A DNA stretch of 64,000 nucleotides from Longimicrobiales bacterium. Lineage in GTDB: Bacteria > Gemmatimonadota > Gemmatimonadetes > Longimicrobiales > Gaopeijiaceae. Of the stretch, positions 18,537 to 29,028 are shown piece after piece. Both the position numbers and the translations under genes were made by a program. The notes under the pieces were generated by a model. The model was not told the DNA's origin, made no database searches, and saw nothing but the letters and a program-made list of their open reading frames with translations. The stretch covers positions 3,616,001 to 3,680,000 of the forward strand of contig OZ250165.1 of assembly GCA_965238005.1 (NCBI GenBank). The letters run 5' to 3'. Position 1 is the first letter of the stretch. Each line of letters opens with the position of its first letter.

Positions 18537-19418
18537 TCAGACGCCGAACTTGCTGAAGTACCCGATCACCAGGGCACCACCGGCCGGCAGATTCCGGCCA
18601 TCCAGCGGCACTCTCCAACCGAGCTCGAACGCTCCCAGCGCGGTCTCGTACCACAGGGATGGCGTTAGCTGAAGGTAGTGGCGCCGGCTGTTGACGATGG
18701 GGATGCCCTCCTGGATGGGCGTGTCTCCGTTCCACCCCTCGGCGACCAGCTTGTATTGGAATCTCCCAACGGCCCCACCCACCTGCGCGAGGAAGAAGAT
18801 CTCCTCTCCCGGATCGATAGCCGCCTTTTCATTGAGCTCCCGCCGCCGATAACCGACCCACCCGTTCACGTACACGGAGCGGGGCCAGAAGGAGTGCCCT
18901 ATCTCGGCCATGATCTCCCAGTCCGTCTGACCTTCGCTGAGGGGGATGATCTCCGCGTCGATGGGGGCCTCGCCGATAGGGATCTTCACGCCACCCCTGA
19001 TGGCGAACGGAAGGCCCACGCCCAGGTACTTCAGCGGAGCCACCCTCAACCAGACGTTGGCGTCACCCAGCCCCTCCGTCGACCGGTCGCCACCGGCGTC
19101 GGAGAAGGACAGGGAGTTGAGCGAGCCCCGAGCCCACAGGTCCCAATTCGGGATCAGGCCCACCGAAGCGGTGACGAATAAGGCTGTGGAAGTGGCGTGG
19201 CCGTCGAAGGGGATGGCGTTCTTGTCGCCGGCTTGGTCATAGCGGTCTCGGGTGTCCTGGCGGTACACTTCGGCGCTGATCCACCCCTTCCCCGGTGCCT
19301 CCACCCACTGGGCATCCAACGCGCCCGGCAGTAGCAGCATCGGTCCAGCAGCAACGGCAGTCCCCAAAAAAAAGAGCGCGGCGCGATTGGATGTAGTCGG
19401 AAGCAGCTGGAAACCCAT
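18537..19418 (-). CDS. Exported, probable outer-membrane beta-barrel protein
   Basis: Signal peptide, aromatic-rich alternating strands, GLGD..VWLR motif. Confidence 0.6.
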   Translation of the reverse strand: MGFQLLPTTSNRAALFFLGTAVAAGPMLLLPGALDAQWVEAPGKGWISAEVYRQDTRDRYDQAGDKNAIPFDGHATSTALFVTASVGLIPNWDLWARGSLNSLSFSDAGGDRSTEGLGDANVWLRVAPLKYLGVGLPFAIRGGVKIPIGEAPIDAEIIPLSEGQTDWEIMAEIGHSFWPRSVYVNGWVGYRRRELNEKAAIDPGEEIFFLAQVGGAVGRFQYKLVAEGWNGDTPIQEGIPIVNSRRHYLQLTPSLWYETALGAFELGWRVPLDGRNLPAGGALVIGYFSKFGV

Positions 19419-19586
19419 TCATCTCCCCCCAGGGAGGATCCACTCCGGACGGCCCCTCCGTAGAGGTCCGCGCGCGGCCACCCGTATGAATCATGGCGAG
19501 TCGGCAAAGGTTCCGGCAGCGGGGTCCTCATCGGCGATCGCACGAGTGGGTCCGGGCGAGGAACCGCCAGGTACCCGGGGTGTCCG

Positions 19587-21314
19587 ATGGGTTCCATGAG
19601 CACGGTGGAAGCCCTCGTCGATCTGCTCGGAGAGATCGACGGAAGAGGATACAAGGCCTACAAGGCCCTCCGCGGCGTCTGGGCCTTTCCCGACTTCGTT
19701 CTGCACGTGGACCACGTGCAGGGGGACCCCTTCGCCGCGCCGAGCCGGGTACGGGCTCTCCTGCCCGCGGACACCACGGGGCTGGCATCGGTGGCTTGCG
19801 ATACCGCCTCCCGCCGCCTCGGCGTGGCCAGCCTGCTGGCCCGACGTTTTCATCAGGCGGCACTCGCCACCATGAAACCCCGGGGGATCGGCAAGAGCGG
19901 CGTCATCGAGATCGAGAGCCCGGGCCAGGAGGTCGTGGCCCACACGGCTGTGATCGTGGCCGAAGACGGCAGCCTGGAGGCGCGGTTCACGGTAGGCCTC
20001 CCTGCATCCGGCCGCCGGGTGCTGGGCGGGGAGGCGGTGGCCCTCCTCGCGGAGGACGTCCCGGCCGTGGTGAATGCGAGCCTGCGCCAGGAGTCCGTGG
20101 GAGCCGACGAGGTGCTGCGCCACGCCCTCACCAACGAGGACGCCGAGGCGCTGCGCGCCTCCCTCGAGGCCCATGGGTGGGTAGCGTTCGTGGCAGACGG
20201 ATCGTCCCTGCCACGGCGGAGCGGCATCGACGACCGGCCACTCGCGGGAGATGCCGTGCCCTTCACCGCTCCCGCAAGTCTCTCGGCCAGCGTCGAGCTG
20301 CCCAACGCCGGCACGCTGACGGGCATGGCTCTGCCCCGAGGCGTGAGCCTCGTCGTCGGAGGAGGCTATCACGGAAAGAGCACACTGCTCCGCGCCCTCG
20401 AGGGGGGAGTCTACAACCACCGCCCCGGGGATGGTCGCGAGTTCGTGGTATCCGATCCAGGAGCGGTGAAGATCCGAGCCGAGGACGGCCGCTCCGTGTC
20501 GGGGGTGGACATCTCTCCCTTCATCGACGGACTCCCGCAGGGCCAGGACACGCACGCGTTCTCCACCCCCAACGCATCCGGGTCCACCAGCCAGGCCGCC
20601 TCGATCATGGAGGCCCTGGAGGCCGGCGCCACCACGCTGCTCATCGATGAAGACACGGCTGCCACGAACTTCATGATCCGCGATCGCCGCATGCAGGCCC
20701 TCGTTCCCAAGTCGGGAGAGCCCATAACCCCCTTCGTCGACCGGGTGAGAGCGCTGTGGGAGGAGTGGGGTATCAGCTCCGTGATCGTTCTCGGCGGAAG
20801 TGGAGACTATCTGGATGTGGCTGACACGGTGGTGGCCATCAAGGAGTTCCGCCCCCGTGACGTGACCGAGGAGGCTCGCCGCGTCGCCGAGGAACTCCCT
20901 ACCGGACGCCACCCCGAGACCCCGGGCCCCATGGGGCCGTTTCCGTGCCGTGCCCCGGTCCCGGGCTCCGTGGATCCCAGCAGAGGCCGGCGCGAGGTGG
21001 ATCTCAAGGTCGGCGACCGGGAGACCCTCGTGTTCGGGAGGCACGTGATCGATCTTTCGGCCGTATCGCAGCTGGTATCACGAGCGCAGACGAGGGCCGT
21101 GGGACGGGCTCTGGTGCTGGCCCGGGAGAAATTCATGGACGGGCAGCGGTCAGTGGGTGAGATTTCGGACCTGGTTTCGCGTATGATTGAGAATGAGGGT
21201 CTCGACGCTCTGGACGAGCGACGGACCGGCGATCTGGCCGCGTTCCGGCCTTTGGAGTTCGCCGCCGCCCTCAACCGGCTGCGCACCCTGGAAGTGAACG
21301 TGCACACAGGCTGA
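19587..21314 (+). CDS. ABC-class ATPase domain protein (ABC_ATPase family)
   Basis: HVQGDPFAAPS, Walker A GGGYHGKST, NASGSTSQAA, LLIDEDTAATNFM, AALNRLR. Confidence 0.88.
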   Translation: MGSMSTVEALVDLLGEIDGRGYKAYKALRGVWAFPDFVLHVDHVQGDPFAAPSRVRALLPADTTGLASVACDTASRRLGVASLLARRFHQAALATMKPRGIGKSGVIEIESPGQEVVAHTAVIVAEDGSLEARFTVGLPASGRRVLGGEAVALLAEDVPAVVNASLRQESVGADEVLRHALTNEDAEALRASLEAHGWVAFVADGSSLPRRSGIDDRPLAGDAVPFTAPASLSASVELPNAGTLTGMALPRGVSLVVGGGYHGKSTLLRALEGGVYNHRPGDGREFVVSDPGAVKIRAEDGRSVSGVDISPFIDGLPQGQDTHAFSTPNASGSTSQAASIMEALEAGATTLLIDEDTAATNFMIRDRRMQALVPKSGEPITPFVDRVRALWEEWGISSVIVLGGSGDYLDVADTVVAIKEFRPRDVTEEARRVAEELPTGRHPETPGPMGPFPCRAPVPGSVDPSRGRREVDLKVGDRETLVFGRHVIDLSAVSQLVSRAQTRAVGRALVLAREKFMDGQRSVGEISDLVSRMIENEGLDALDERRTGDLAAFRPLEFAAALNRLRTLEVNVHTG

Positions 21315-21401
21315 CGCAGCCGGCTCGCCCGCTCGTCTGGACCCGTCGCCTTTGTATTCCTGGTGCCCCCACGGGGGGCGCTCATCCGATAAGGAAGAGC
21401 C

Positions 21402-24158
21402 ATGTCTTCGCCTGCCCGCTGTTCCACCCGCAGCCCCCTAACCGCCCTGGCCATCCTCGCCTTGCTGGCGACCGCTCCGCTGATGGCCCAGGAGGTCACT
21501 CGCGTCACCGAGGTCGAGGGGATCACAGAATACGGCCTCGACAACGGCCTGCGCTTCCTCCTTTTCCCCGACGCCAGCAAGCCCAGCGCGACCGTTAACA
21601 TCACGTACTACGTAGGGTCGCGACACGAGGCGTACGGCGAGACCGGGATGGCACACCTCCTCGAGCACCTGGTGTTCCAGGGGACGCCCGACCATCCGGA
21701 CATCACGGAGGAGCTCACGGAGCGGGGGACCCGCCCGAACGGCACCACCTCCTACGACCGCACCAACTACTTCGAAACCTTCCCCGCCACGGAGGACAAC
21801 CTGGAGTGGGCCCTCGACTTCGAAGCCGACCGCATGGTCAACTCCTTCATCGCCGCCGAGGATCTCGACTCGGAGATGACGGTGGTCAGGAACGAGATGG
21901 AGTCGGGAGAGAACAGCCCCTTCCGTATCCTCATGCAGCGCACCCTCTCCACCGCCTATCTGTGGCACAACTACGGGAAGTCGATTATCGGCGCCCGCTC
22001 CGACGTGGAGAGCGTGCATATCGACCGGCTCCAGGCCTTCTACAGAAAGTACTACCAGCCCGACAACGCCTTGCTGATCGTGACGGGGAAATTCGATGAG
22101 GAGCGGGCCATAGAGCTCATCGTCGAGACGTTCGGGCAGATCCCCAAGCCGGATCGTTCCGGAGCCAACACGCTCTGGGAGACATACACCCGTGAGCCCG
22201 TGCAGGACGGGGAGCGCATGGTCACGCTCAGGCGCGTCGGAGACGTCCAGGTGGTCATGATGTCGTACCACGTCCCTCCGGGGTCCCATGCCGATTACGC
22301 GGCAGTGGACCTCCTGGCGCAGGTAATGGGGGACCAGCCGTCCGGCCGGCTCTACAAGGCTCTGGTGGAGCCTGGGCTCGCCGCGTCCACGGGAGCCTTC
22401 GCCTACCAGCTTCGGGAGGCCGGACCCCTGCTCGCCTTCGCCCAGGTTCGTGCCGAGGACGATCTCCAGGCGACCTGGACGGCCATGGACGAGGCCCTCG
22501 AGGGGGTGATTCGCGATCCGGTCACGGGCGAGGAGGTCGAGCGGGCCAAGGCCGCTTTGCTCAAGAGTGTGGAGCAGGTCTTCAACAACCCGGAGCGCAT
22601 CGCCCTGCAGCTCAGCGAATGGGCCTCCATGGGCGACTGGCGTCTCTTCTTCGTGCACCGAGACAGGATCGAGACGGTGGAGCCCGCCGACGTGCAGCGA
22701 GTGGCCGCCGAATACCTCAAGCCCGACAACCGAACCGTGGGGCTCTTCTACCCGACCGAGGAGCCGGATCGCGCCGAGATTCCCGAGCTCCCTGACATCG
22801 CGACGGAGCTGGAGGGATACACCGGTCGAGAGGCCGTGGCCGCAGGCGAGGAGTTCGATCCGTCGCCGGCGAACATCGAGGACCGGACCGCCCGGTACAC
22901 GCTGGCCAACGGGATGAAGGTCGCACTTCTCCCCAAGTCGACCCGCGGCGAGACCGTGGTAGGCCGCTTTCGCGTGATCCTGGGTGACGAGGAGGCCCTC
23001 ACGGGGCGTGCCACCGCCGGGAGCATGGCCGGTGCCATGCTGATGCGGGGCTCCAGCGGACACACGCGTCAAGAGATCCAGGACGAGCTCGATCGGCTGA
23101 AGGCCTCGGGGTCCGTCTCGGGAAGCGTGACTCAGGCCTCCGGTCAGGTCCAGACGACCCGCGAGCACCTGCCGGCGGTGCTGCGACTCCTGTCGGAGAT
23201 CATCCGGGAGCCGACCTTCCCCGCCGACGAGTTCGAGACGCTCAAGGAGCAGCGCCTCTCGGGCCTCGAGCAGCAACGCTCAGACCCCAACGCCCAGGCG
23301 CAGATCGCCATCGGCAGACACATGAATCCGGTGCCCCCGGGCCACCCGAGCTACACGGAGACTGTGGAAGAAGCCGTCGCCGCAATGGAGGCCGTCACCC
23401 TGGAGGACGCCAGAGCCTTCTACAACGACTTCTACGGCCCCCAGCTGGGGACGCTGGCGCTCGTCGGCGATTTCGACGAGGTCGAGATGCGAGCGGTCAT
23501 CGAAGAGGCCTTCGGGGACTGGAAGAGCCCGCACGCGGCCACGCGGGTGGCCACCGAGTTCTACGACCCACCGGCCGAGCACCTCCAGATCGAGACCCCG
23601 GACAAGGCGAACGCCATCTTCATCGCTCAGCAGACCCTGGCCCTCCGGGACGACAACCCCGACTACGCGGCCCTGTTGCTGGGGGGCTACATGATCGGGG
23701 GCGGTGTGATGAACTCGCGACTGGCGAAGCGCATCCGCCAAGAGGATGGGCTCAGCTACGTCGTGGGTGGCAACATCAGCGGTCATCCCATCGACGAATC
23801 GGGCGCGTTCATGGCGTTCGCCATCTACGCACCGGAGAACGCGGAGAAGCTGGAGGCCGCGTTCCGCGAAGAGATCCAGAAGGTCCTCGACGAGGGGTTC
23901 CCCGCCGACGAGTTGGAGATCGCGAAGCAGGGATACCTACAGTCGCGCCAGCTGAGCCGAGCCCAGGACCCGTCCCTGGTGAGCGCCCTCACACAAGGCC
24001 TGTACTTCGACCGTACCCTCATGTGGGACGCCGAGCTGGAGGAGCGTATTCAGGCTCTCACGGTCGAGGAGATCAACTCTGCCGTGCGTCGATACCTGGA
24101 CTTGAGTAAGATGACCACCGTGAAGGCGGGCGACTTCGAGGGCGCCAAGCGAAGGTGA
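21402..24158 (+). CDS. M16 family zinc peptidase (pitrilysin/PqqL-like), exported
   Basis: Signal peptide, HLLEH inverted zinc motif, NGTTSYDRTNY, duplicated M16 halves. Confidence 0.92.
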   Translation: MSSPARCSTRSPLTALAILALLATAPLMAQEVTRVTEVEGITEYGLDNGLRFLLFPDASKPSATVNITYYVGSRHEAYGETGMAHLLEHLVFQGTPDHPDITEELTERGTRPNGTTSYDRTNYFETFPATEDNLEWALDFEADRMVNSFIAAEDLDSEMTVVRNEMESGENSPFRILMQRTLSTAYLWHNYGKSIIGARSDVESVHIDRLQAFYRKYYQPDNALLIVTGKFDEERAIELIVETFGQIPKPDRSGANTLWETYTREPVQDGERMVTLRRVGDVQVVMMSYHVPPGSHADYAAVDLLAQVMGDQPSGRLYKALVEPGLAASTGAFAYQLREAGPLLAFAQVRAEDDLQATWTAMDEALEGVIRDPVTGEEVERAKAALLKSVEQVFNNPERIALQLSEWASMGDWRLFFVHRDRIETVEPADVQRVAAEYLKPDNRTVGLFYPTEEPDRAEIPELPDIATELEGYTGREAVAAGEEFDPSPANIEDRTARYTLANGMKVALLPKSTRGETVVGRFRVILGDEEALTGRATAGSMAGAMLMRGSSGHTRQEIQDELDRLKASGSVSGSVTQASGQVQTTREHLPAVLRLLSEIIREPTFPADEFETLKEQRLSGLEQQRSDPNAQAQIAIGRHMNPVPPGHPSYTETVEEAVAAMEAVTLEDARAFYNDFYGPQLGTLALVGDFDEVEMRAVIEEAFGDWKSPHAATRVATEFYDPPAEHLQIETPDKANAIFIAQQTLALRDDNPDYAALLLGGYMIGGGVMNSRLAKRIRQEDGLSYVVGGNISGHPIDESGAFMAFAIYAPENAEKLEAAFREEIQKVLDEGFPADELEIAKQGYLQSRQLSRAQDPSLVSALTQGLYFDRTLMWDAELEERIQALTVEEINSAVRRYLDLSKMTTVKAGDFEGAKRR

Positions 24159-24162
24159 TCCC

Positions 24163-24381
24163 CTAGTTGGAGCTCTCTTCGTCGGAGTATCCACCCTCGG
24201 AGAGGAGCTCTCTTAGGCGGCCCTCGCGCTCCGGCAAGTGCGTCTTCGAGATAGCCCTGGCGAGGACGATGCGGTCTTCATCCGAGACCTTGTCCAACAT
24301 GTTGATTGGGGCGCCGTAGCGCAGGAGGATGCGCTTGGCATCAACGACCACCGAATCGGTAACGACTACTGAATCGGTCAC
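24163..24381 (-). CDS. Small hypothetical protein (72 aa)
   Basis: RBS-like ggggaggg upstream; protein-like composition; N-terminal TDSVVV duplicated. Confidence 0.55.
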   Translation of the reverse strand: MTDSVVVTDSVVVDAKRILLRYGAPINMLDKVSDEDRIVLARAISKTHLPEREGRLRELLSEGGYSDEESSN

Positions 24382-24470
24382 TTACCCTCCCCGGATCAAC
24401 CGTGGACCGTAGACGTGAAATCGGCTAAATGTAGTTTCTTCTACCACCTAAGCCAACGGATGCCTCACGC

Positions 24471-25754
24471 GTGACCCCGCTGGTCCGATACTCGGGCGCC
24501 GTCCTCGTTCCAGTGGCCATCGGCGTATTGACCGGTCTCTGGGTGACTGCCTCGGCCTTCGAACGGCTGCGGAGGGAGGCCGATCTTCGCATAGCGGCCT
24601 CGGCTACGGACCTCATCCAGCAGGAGATGGGCGCAGCACGCGACGCCCTGCTGGAGGAGGCGGAGGCCGTCCAGCCGACTCCTCCCTACGCACGGGCGGT
24701 CGAGGCGGCCCTGCGCGGCGACACGGTGCTGGCTCTCGGTAGCTCGGAAGAGAGCCTCGAGCTCACCGTGGCGTACGGCGAGGGACCCCTGGTCCGGGTT
24801 GCGACGGGCCCGTTCCGGCCCACGGTGCTCGAGCTGCTTCCGAGCATCGCCGGGTACCGGCTTGCACTCTACCTGCGCGGCAGGCGCACGGTGACGACGG
24901 TGCCGACGTTCAGTCCCGAAGTGCTGCACCCGGAGGTCCTCTTTGCGCTGGCCCGTCAAGCCGAGGGGATGGCTCTGGAGTCGGACGGGGTCGCCGGTGC
25001 TTTGCGGGCCTTCCAAACCATCCCGGGTCGTCCGTCGGACGTTGCAGTGCTGGCGGCAGCCGAGGACGACACGAGCATCGAGGCCGCTGGCATGACCGCC
25101 CCCGTCACGGTTTTGATGGTGGTCCTGTTGTTGTCCGGCTTCGCCGCCTGGACCACCTACAACCCCCGTCGGCCGTCGGTTCCTGTGGCGGGGCCGGTCG
25201 AGCAATCGACCCTCCAGTGGTCGCTGGTGGTGCTGGTGCCCGTGATCGCGGGTGTGGCCATCGTACTTTCGCTGGATCGGGATTACCGGCGGAGTGCCGC
25301 CGCGAGCATGCGGGACCAGCTGAATCGGGCGATCATCCTGGTCAAGCAGGTCGATCGGATCAGCTCCGTCTCAGCCGCGGGAGCCATTACCGGATTCGAT
25401 GCGGCCCGGCTTCGGGCCGGTGGAGTCGAGGCGGCGACACGGGACGATGTCGAGCTGATCAGCGCACTCGAGGAGCTACGTCCCCCTCCCCCGAGCTTCA
25501 CGTCGTCCGGTGTCATGGACGTCGACGGCGACACCCGATTCTACTCGGCGGCGCGGACCCCCGGCGGTGCCACTCTGGTCTTGATCGGACCCACGATGAC
25601 CAGGCGGTTGCGAGATGTCCGCCGGAGTCTTGGCCTCGGGGGCCTGCTGATCGTCCTGCCGCCGCTGCTGTTCCTCTGGCTGTCAGAGCGTCCCGGCTCG
25701 GAGTCGGCCTCCGAAGGGCCTGATGACGAGCCTCCTACCGGAGACCGAGCCTGA
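24471..25754 (+). CDS. Hypothetical membrane protein
   Basis: 427-aa ORF with 4 hydrophobic segments separating soluble regions. Confidence 0.6.
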   Translation: MTPLVRYSGAVLVPVAIGVLTGLWVTASAFERLRREADLRIAASATDLIQQEMGAARDALLEEAEAVQPTPPYARAVEAALRGDTVLALGSSEESLELTVAYGEGPLVRVATGPFRPTVLELLPSIAGYRLALYLRGRRTVTTVPTFSPEVLHPEVLFALARQAEGMALESDGVAGALRAFQTIPGRPSDVAVLAAAEDDTSIEAAGMTAPVTVLMVVLLLSGFAAWTTYNPRRPSVPVAGPVEQSTLQWSLVVLVPVIAGVAIVLSLDRDYRRSAAASMRDQLNRAIILVKQVDRISSVSAAGAITGFDAARLRAGGVEAATRDDVELISALEELRPPPPSFTSSGVMDVDGDTRFYSAARTPGGATLVLIGPTMTRRLRDVRRSLGLGGLLIVLPPLLFLWLSERPGSESASEGPDDEPPTGDRA

Positions 25755-26017
25755 CCGGTCAGACGCTCGAGCTCGTCCGGCACGCCGGGCCGACGACCAC
25801 CCTTGCCTCTGTCTCTCGGTCGTGGACTCAGGTGATGTGCGAACTAGGAGGGGGGTGAACCGGATCGCCGTTAGTTCTTCCACAGGGTGAGATGCCGTAT
25901 GCCGGGAAAGGGTTGCCGGGGGACATGGCTACATGTCAGCGTGGCCGTGGGCGGCCTGATGACGATGGGCGTCGGAAGCTGGTTCCTGGGGCTGTGAGCC
26001 GGCCCGGCGCGGGCGGG

Positions 26018-26145
26018 TTAGTTCTGTTGCTCACGCCAGAGCCAGACGGCGAGGCCACCGGGCCCTATAACGGCGAGTACGCTGGCCCACAGCGGCACCT
26101 CGAAGCCGCCGACCGTGAGGTCTACCCGGAAGAGCAGGCGCAGCG
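26018..26145 (-). pseudogene. Small membrane protein C-terminal remnant
   Basis: LRLLFRVDLTVGGFEVPLWASVLAVIGPGGLAVWLWREQQN-stop with no start codon. Confidence 0.4.
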
Positions 26146-26152
26146 CGGCAGC

Positions 26153-26657
26153 TCACTTCTCTGCGAGGCTGGCGTAGAGTCGCTTGACCATCTGGATCTG
26201 GCCGGCGTGATATGTGTCGTGCAGGACGATCCCCATGAGTAGATCGGCGTACGTGTATTCGCTCTGTCCGCCCGACAGCTCGTCCAGGCGCGACGGGTCG
26301 AAGTCTCGCATCGCCTCGAGGAGCAGAGTGTGATACTCGCGCACCGGGGCCCGGTCCTCCTTCCAAGAGCTCGCCGTGATCTCCTTGGGCGGAGCCGGCC
26401 AGTTGGAGGGTGAGCGGGGGAATCCGCCGTGGGCCCCTCCCGTGATCCTGCGCCGGATCGCGTAGTTCCAGTAGGCGACATGCAAGGAGATCCCAGATGC
26501 TGTGCCGGTCGGGCGCCGGTTTCCACGCCGCCTCTTCCGGTTTCACTCCCCGGAATGCCCCGAGCACGCTGGCGCCACCGTGCCACAGCTTCGTGCCCGC
26601 CGGTGGGTCGAAGAGCCCGAGCGTCATCTCGAGCCTGCGGTCTTCCAGGTGCGCCAT
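26153..26657 (-). pseudogene. DinB-family protein with a frameshift at about 26486
   Basis: WHGG...HSIWDL continues in another frame as LHVAYW...HDTYHAGQI; real mutation or sequencing error. Confidence 0.75.
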
Positions 26658-26661
26658 CACT

Positions 26662-26930
26662 CTACTCGTCGCTCCCATACCTGGCCACGAGCCTGCGAAC
26701 CGTCTTCATGTTCCGCATGGTGCTCGGCACCCTCCCTGTCGCCTTCGCCAGACCCGCCCCGAACAACTCGTTGTTGATGGTGTTGCCGTCTTCAGAGAGC
26801 ACGTCACCCGATAGACCCTTCCGTCTCTCTTGTTCGAGATCCTCGTCGTCCGGTCATCGACGATCTCGACCGCCGTCTCGGCTCCCTCTTGGCCTTTCTT
26901 TCGGTGCAGTCGGTCAGCGTTATCACCGAA
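26662..26930 (-). other. Composite remnant: DUF1697-like C-terminus joined to an unrelated frameshifted fragment
   Basis: AGLAKATGRVPSTMRNMKTVRRLVARYG resembles DUF1697 tails; the upstream piece is frameshifted. Confidence 0.35.
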
Positions 26931-26934
26931 CACC

Positions 26935-28077
26935 TCAGTGCACGGTGAACTTCTGTACACGCCGGCCCGTGGACGCTTCTCCCACGTAGAGGTTTCCCCG
27001 TGAGTCGACGCTCATGCCGTGGGGCCGCAGGAACTGGCCTACCTGTCGGCCACCCCGGCCGAACTCCCCCACCACCTCCAAGCCTGCGCGCTGGAGTATC
27101 CAAACCTTATGGTTCGTCCCATCTGCCAGATACAGCCACTTCTGCTCCGGATCGGGTGACAGCCCGACCACGAAGGCCGACCCGGAGGCGCGCGTGAGCG
27201 GAGCGATGATCCTTTCCGCCACGAACGTCCCGTCGTGTTCGAACACCTGGATGCGGTTCCCTCTTCGGTCTGCGACGTAGATCAGTCCGTCGCTCGATCC
27301 GATGACACCATGGACCGTCGAGAACGCGCGGGGGGGTGGTCCCGCCGGATCGCGGTCACCGAAGTCGTAGTCGTCGTCCGGGGGCTCCCCGTAGGCACCC
27401 CAGTGCCGAAGGTAGTTCCCGGTGTCGCCTTCGTAGACGATCACCCGGCGATTCCGGTAGCCGTCAGCGATGTACACCTCGTTCGTCTCCGGGTCCACCC
27501 AGATTCCCGCTGGTCCACCGAGGAGATTGGGGTCGTCGCTCCCCCCGTTCACGTCGTATTCACCGAGGGTCATCACCAGTTCACCATCGCGCGTGAACTT
27601 CATGACCCGGTGATGTCGGAAGGTGCCGATCCAGACGTAGTCGTTGTGATCGATGAAGAGCCCGTGAGGGTTCCGGGGGTACTCCGATACGTCCTGTGTG
27701 GCCGCGTCCCCCCATCCCTGAACCACGTTTCCTTCGGAGTCGAACTCGATCACGTGGGGTGCGGGCACGCAGCACGTCCCGAGAGGCGGATCTTGCACGG
27801 CCGACGCTTCCTCGGGCGTCAATGTCTCCGGTTGGTGTGTCACCCAGACGTGGTCGGACGCATCGACGAAGACCGACGTCACGGATCCCATGATCCACTT
27901 GTTGGGCATCTCCTTGGGCCAGGAGGGGTCGACCTCGAACCGTGGCGTGCCACCATCGGCTGCGGTGGCCGCGCCACCCGCATCTCCGGACCCCGGCTCA
28001 CACGCAACGAATACGATCGAAAACGTCACAAGCAACGCGAGCGTGAGGCTTAGACGGGATTCAACGACTCTCTTCAT
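26935..28077 (-). CDS. NHL-repeat beta-propeller lipoprotein
   Basis: Lipobox VFVAC; FEVDPSWP, YIADGY.NRRV, YVADR.GNRIQVF and GRRVQKF repeats. Confidence 0.88.
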   Translation of the reverse strand: MKRVVESRLSLTLALLVTFSIVFVACEPGSGDAGGAATAADGGTPRFEVDPSWPKEMPNKWIMGSVTSVFVDASDHVWVTHQPETLTPEEASAVQDPPLGTCCVPAPHVIEFDSEGNVVQGWGDAATQDVSEYPRNPHGLFIDHNDYVWIGTFRHHRVMKFTRDGELVMTLGEYDVNGGSDDPNLLGGPAGIWVDPETNEVYIADGYRNRRVIVYEGDTGNYLRHWGAYGEPPDDDYDFGDRDPAGPPPRAFSTVHGVIGSSDGLIYVADRRGNRIQVFEHDGTFVAERIIAPLTRASGSAFVVGLSPDPEQKWLYLADGTNHKVWILQRAGLEVVGEFGRGGRQVGQFLRPHGMSVDSRGNLYVGEASTGRRVQKFTVH

Positions 28078-28176
28078 GATTCCTCCAACGTTTCCGCGCC
28101 GTGGCGCGACATGAACGGGCGACTCGAGGCCAGACTGAGGGGTCGGCCTTCGAATCGGAGGGCTCAACCACCGGCC

Positions 28177-28968
28177 CTACGTTTGCGCGGCCTTTTCGGC
28201 CGTCATCAGAACCGCCTTTACGCCGTGGGCCTCCGCGGAGTTCTGCGTGGACTGCTTTCGGAACCGGAAGGTCGGGACAACAGCAGATTTCACGCGGCTG
28301 AACCCGGACTCTTCCAGGAGCCTGAACATCTCTCCTTCCAGGAGAGCACCTCCGATTCAGGCCGCCCAGAGCTTGGGGTCATTCACGATAGATTGAGGGA
28401 GCTGCTTGCCGCTGACGATGTCCGTGATCGAGATCCGCCCGCCGGGCTTCAGGACACGGAACATCTCCTCCATCACCCGCCGCTTCCGGAACGAGAGATT
28501 GATGACTCCGTTGGAGATGACGACGTTCACCGACTCGTCGGGGAGGGGGATGTCTTCCATCCTGCCTTCGTGGCACTCCATCTCGGAGCCGGTGGCCGTG
28601 GCGTGCGCCTGAGCCCTCAAGCACATGTATGGGTTGAGGTCGACGCCGATCACCTTCCCCGTAGGCCCCGCACTCCATGAAGCGATGATCGCGTCGAGCC
28701 CGGCTCCGCTCCCCAGGTCGAGAACCGTCTCGCCGGGCTGGACGTTGCTGCGGAGGTGGGGGTTGCCTACCCCGGCGAAGGAAGCGACGGCGCCGGGTGG
28801 GGCCCGATCGAGCCAGTCGGACTGATAGCCGAAGAGCTCTGCGGCCTGCCGCCCGTGGAAGAAGTGGAACTCACCTTCAGGGTGGTCCGCCACGTCCTGA
28901 TACATGCGGACAATCTCGTCCTTGAGGAACTCCTCGAGTGATTCCTGGGCTTCAACAGCGTCCGCCAT
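28177..28968 (-). CDS. Selenocysteine-containing ArsM-fold SAM methyltransferase (263 aa; Sec at 28357-28359)
   Basis: VLDLGSGAGLD SAM motif. In-frame TGA in LWAA-U-IGGAL matches the conserved ArsM Cys. The frame stays open 59 more codons to TAG, and a SECIS-like hairpin follows the UGA. Confidence 0.85.
28317..28353 (-). promoter_or_regulatory. Putative bacterial SECIS element
   Basis: After the UGA: AUCGGAGGUG-CUCUCCU-GGA-AGGAGAG. Perfect 7-bp stem, G-starting apical loop 17 nt after the UGA, lower GGAG/CUCC pairing. Confidence 0.75.
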
Positions 28969-29028
28969 ATGGTCTCTCCTGGTCGCACGGCCGTCTGGCC
29001 GCCGGTTCGTGGCTCACGCCACCCTACC

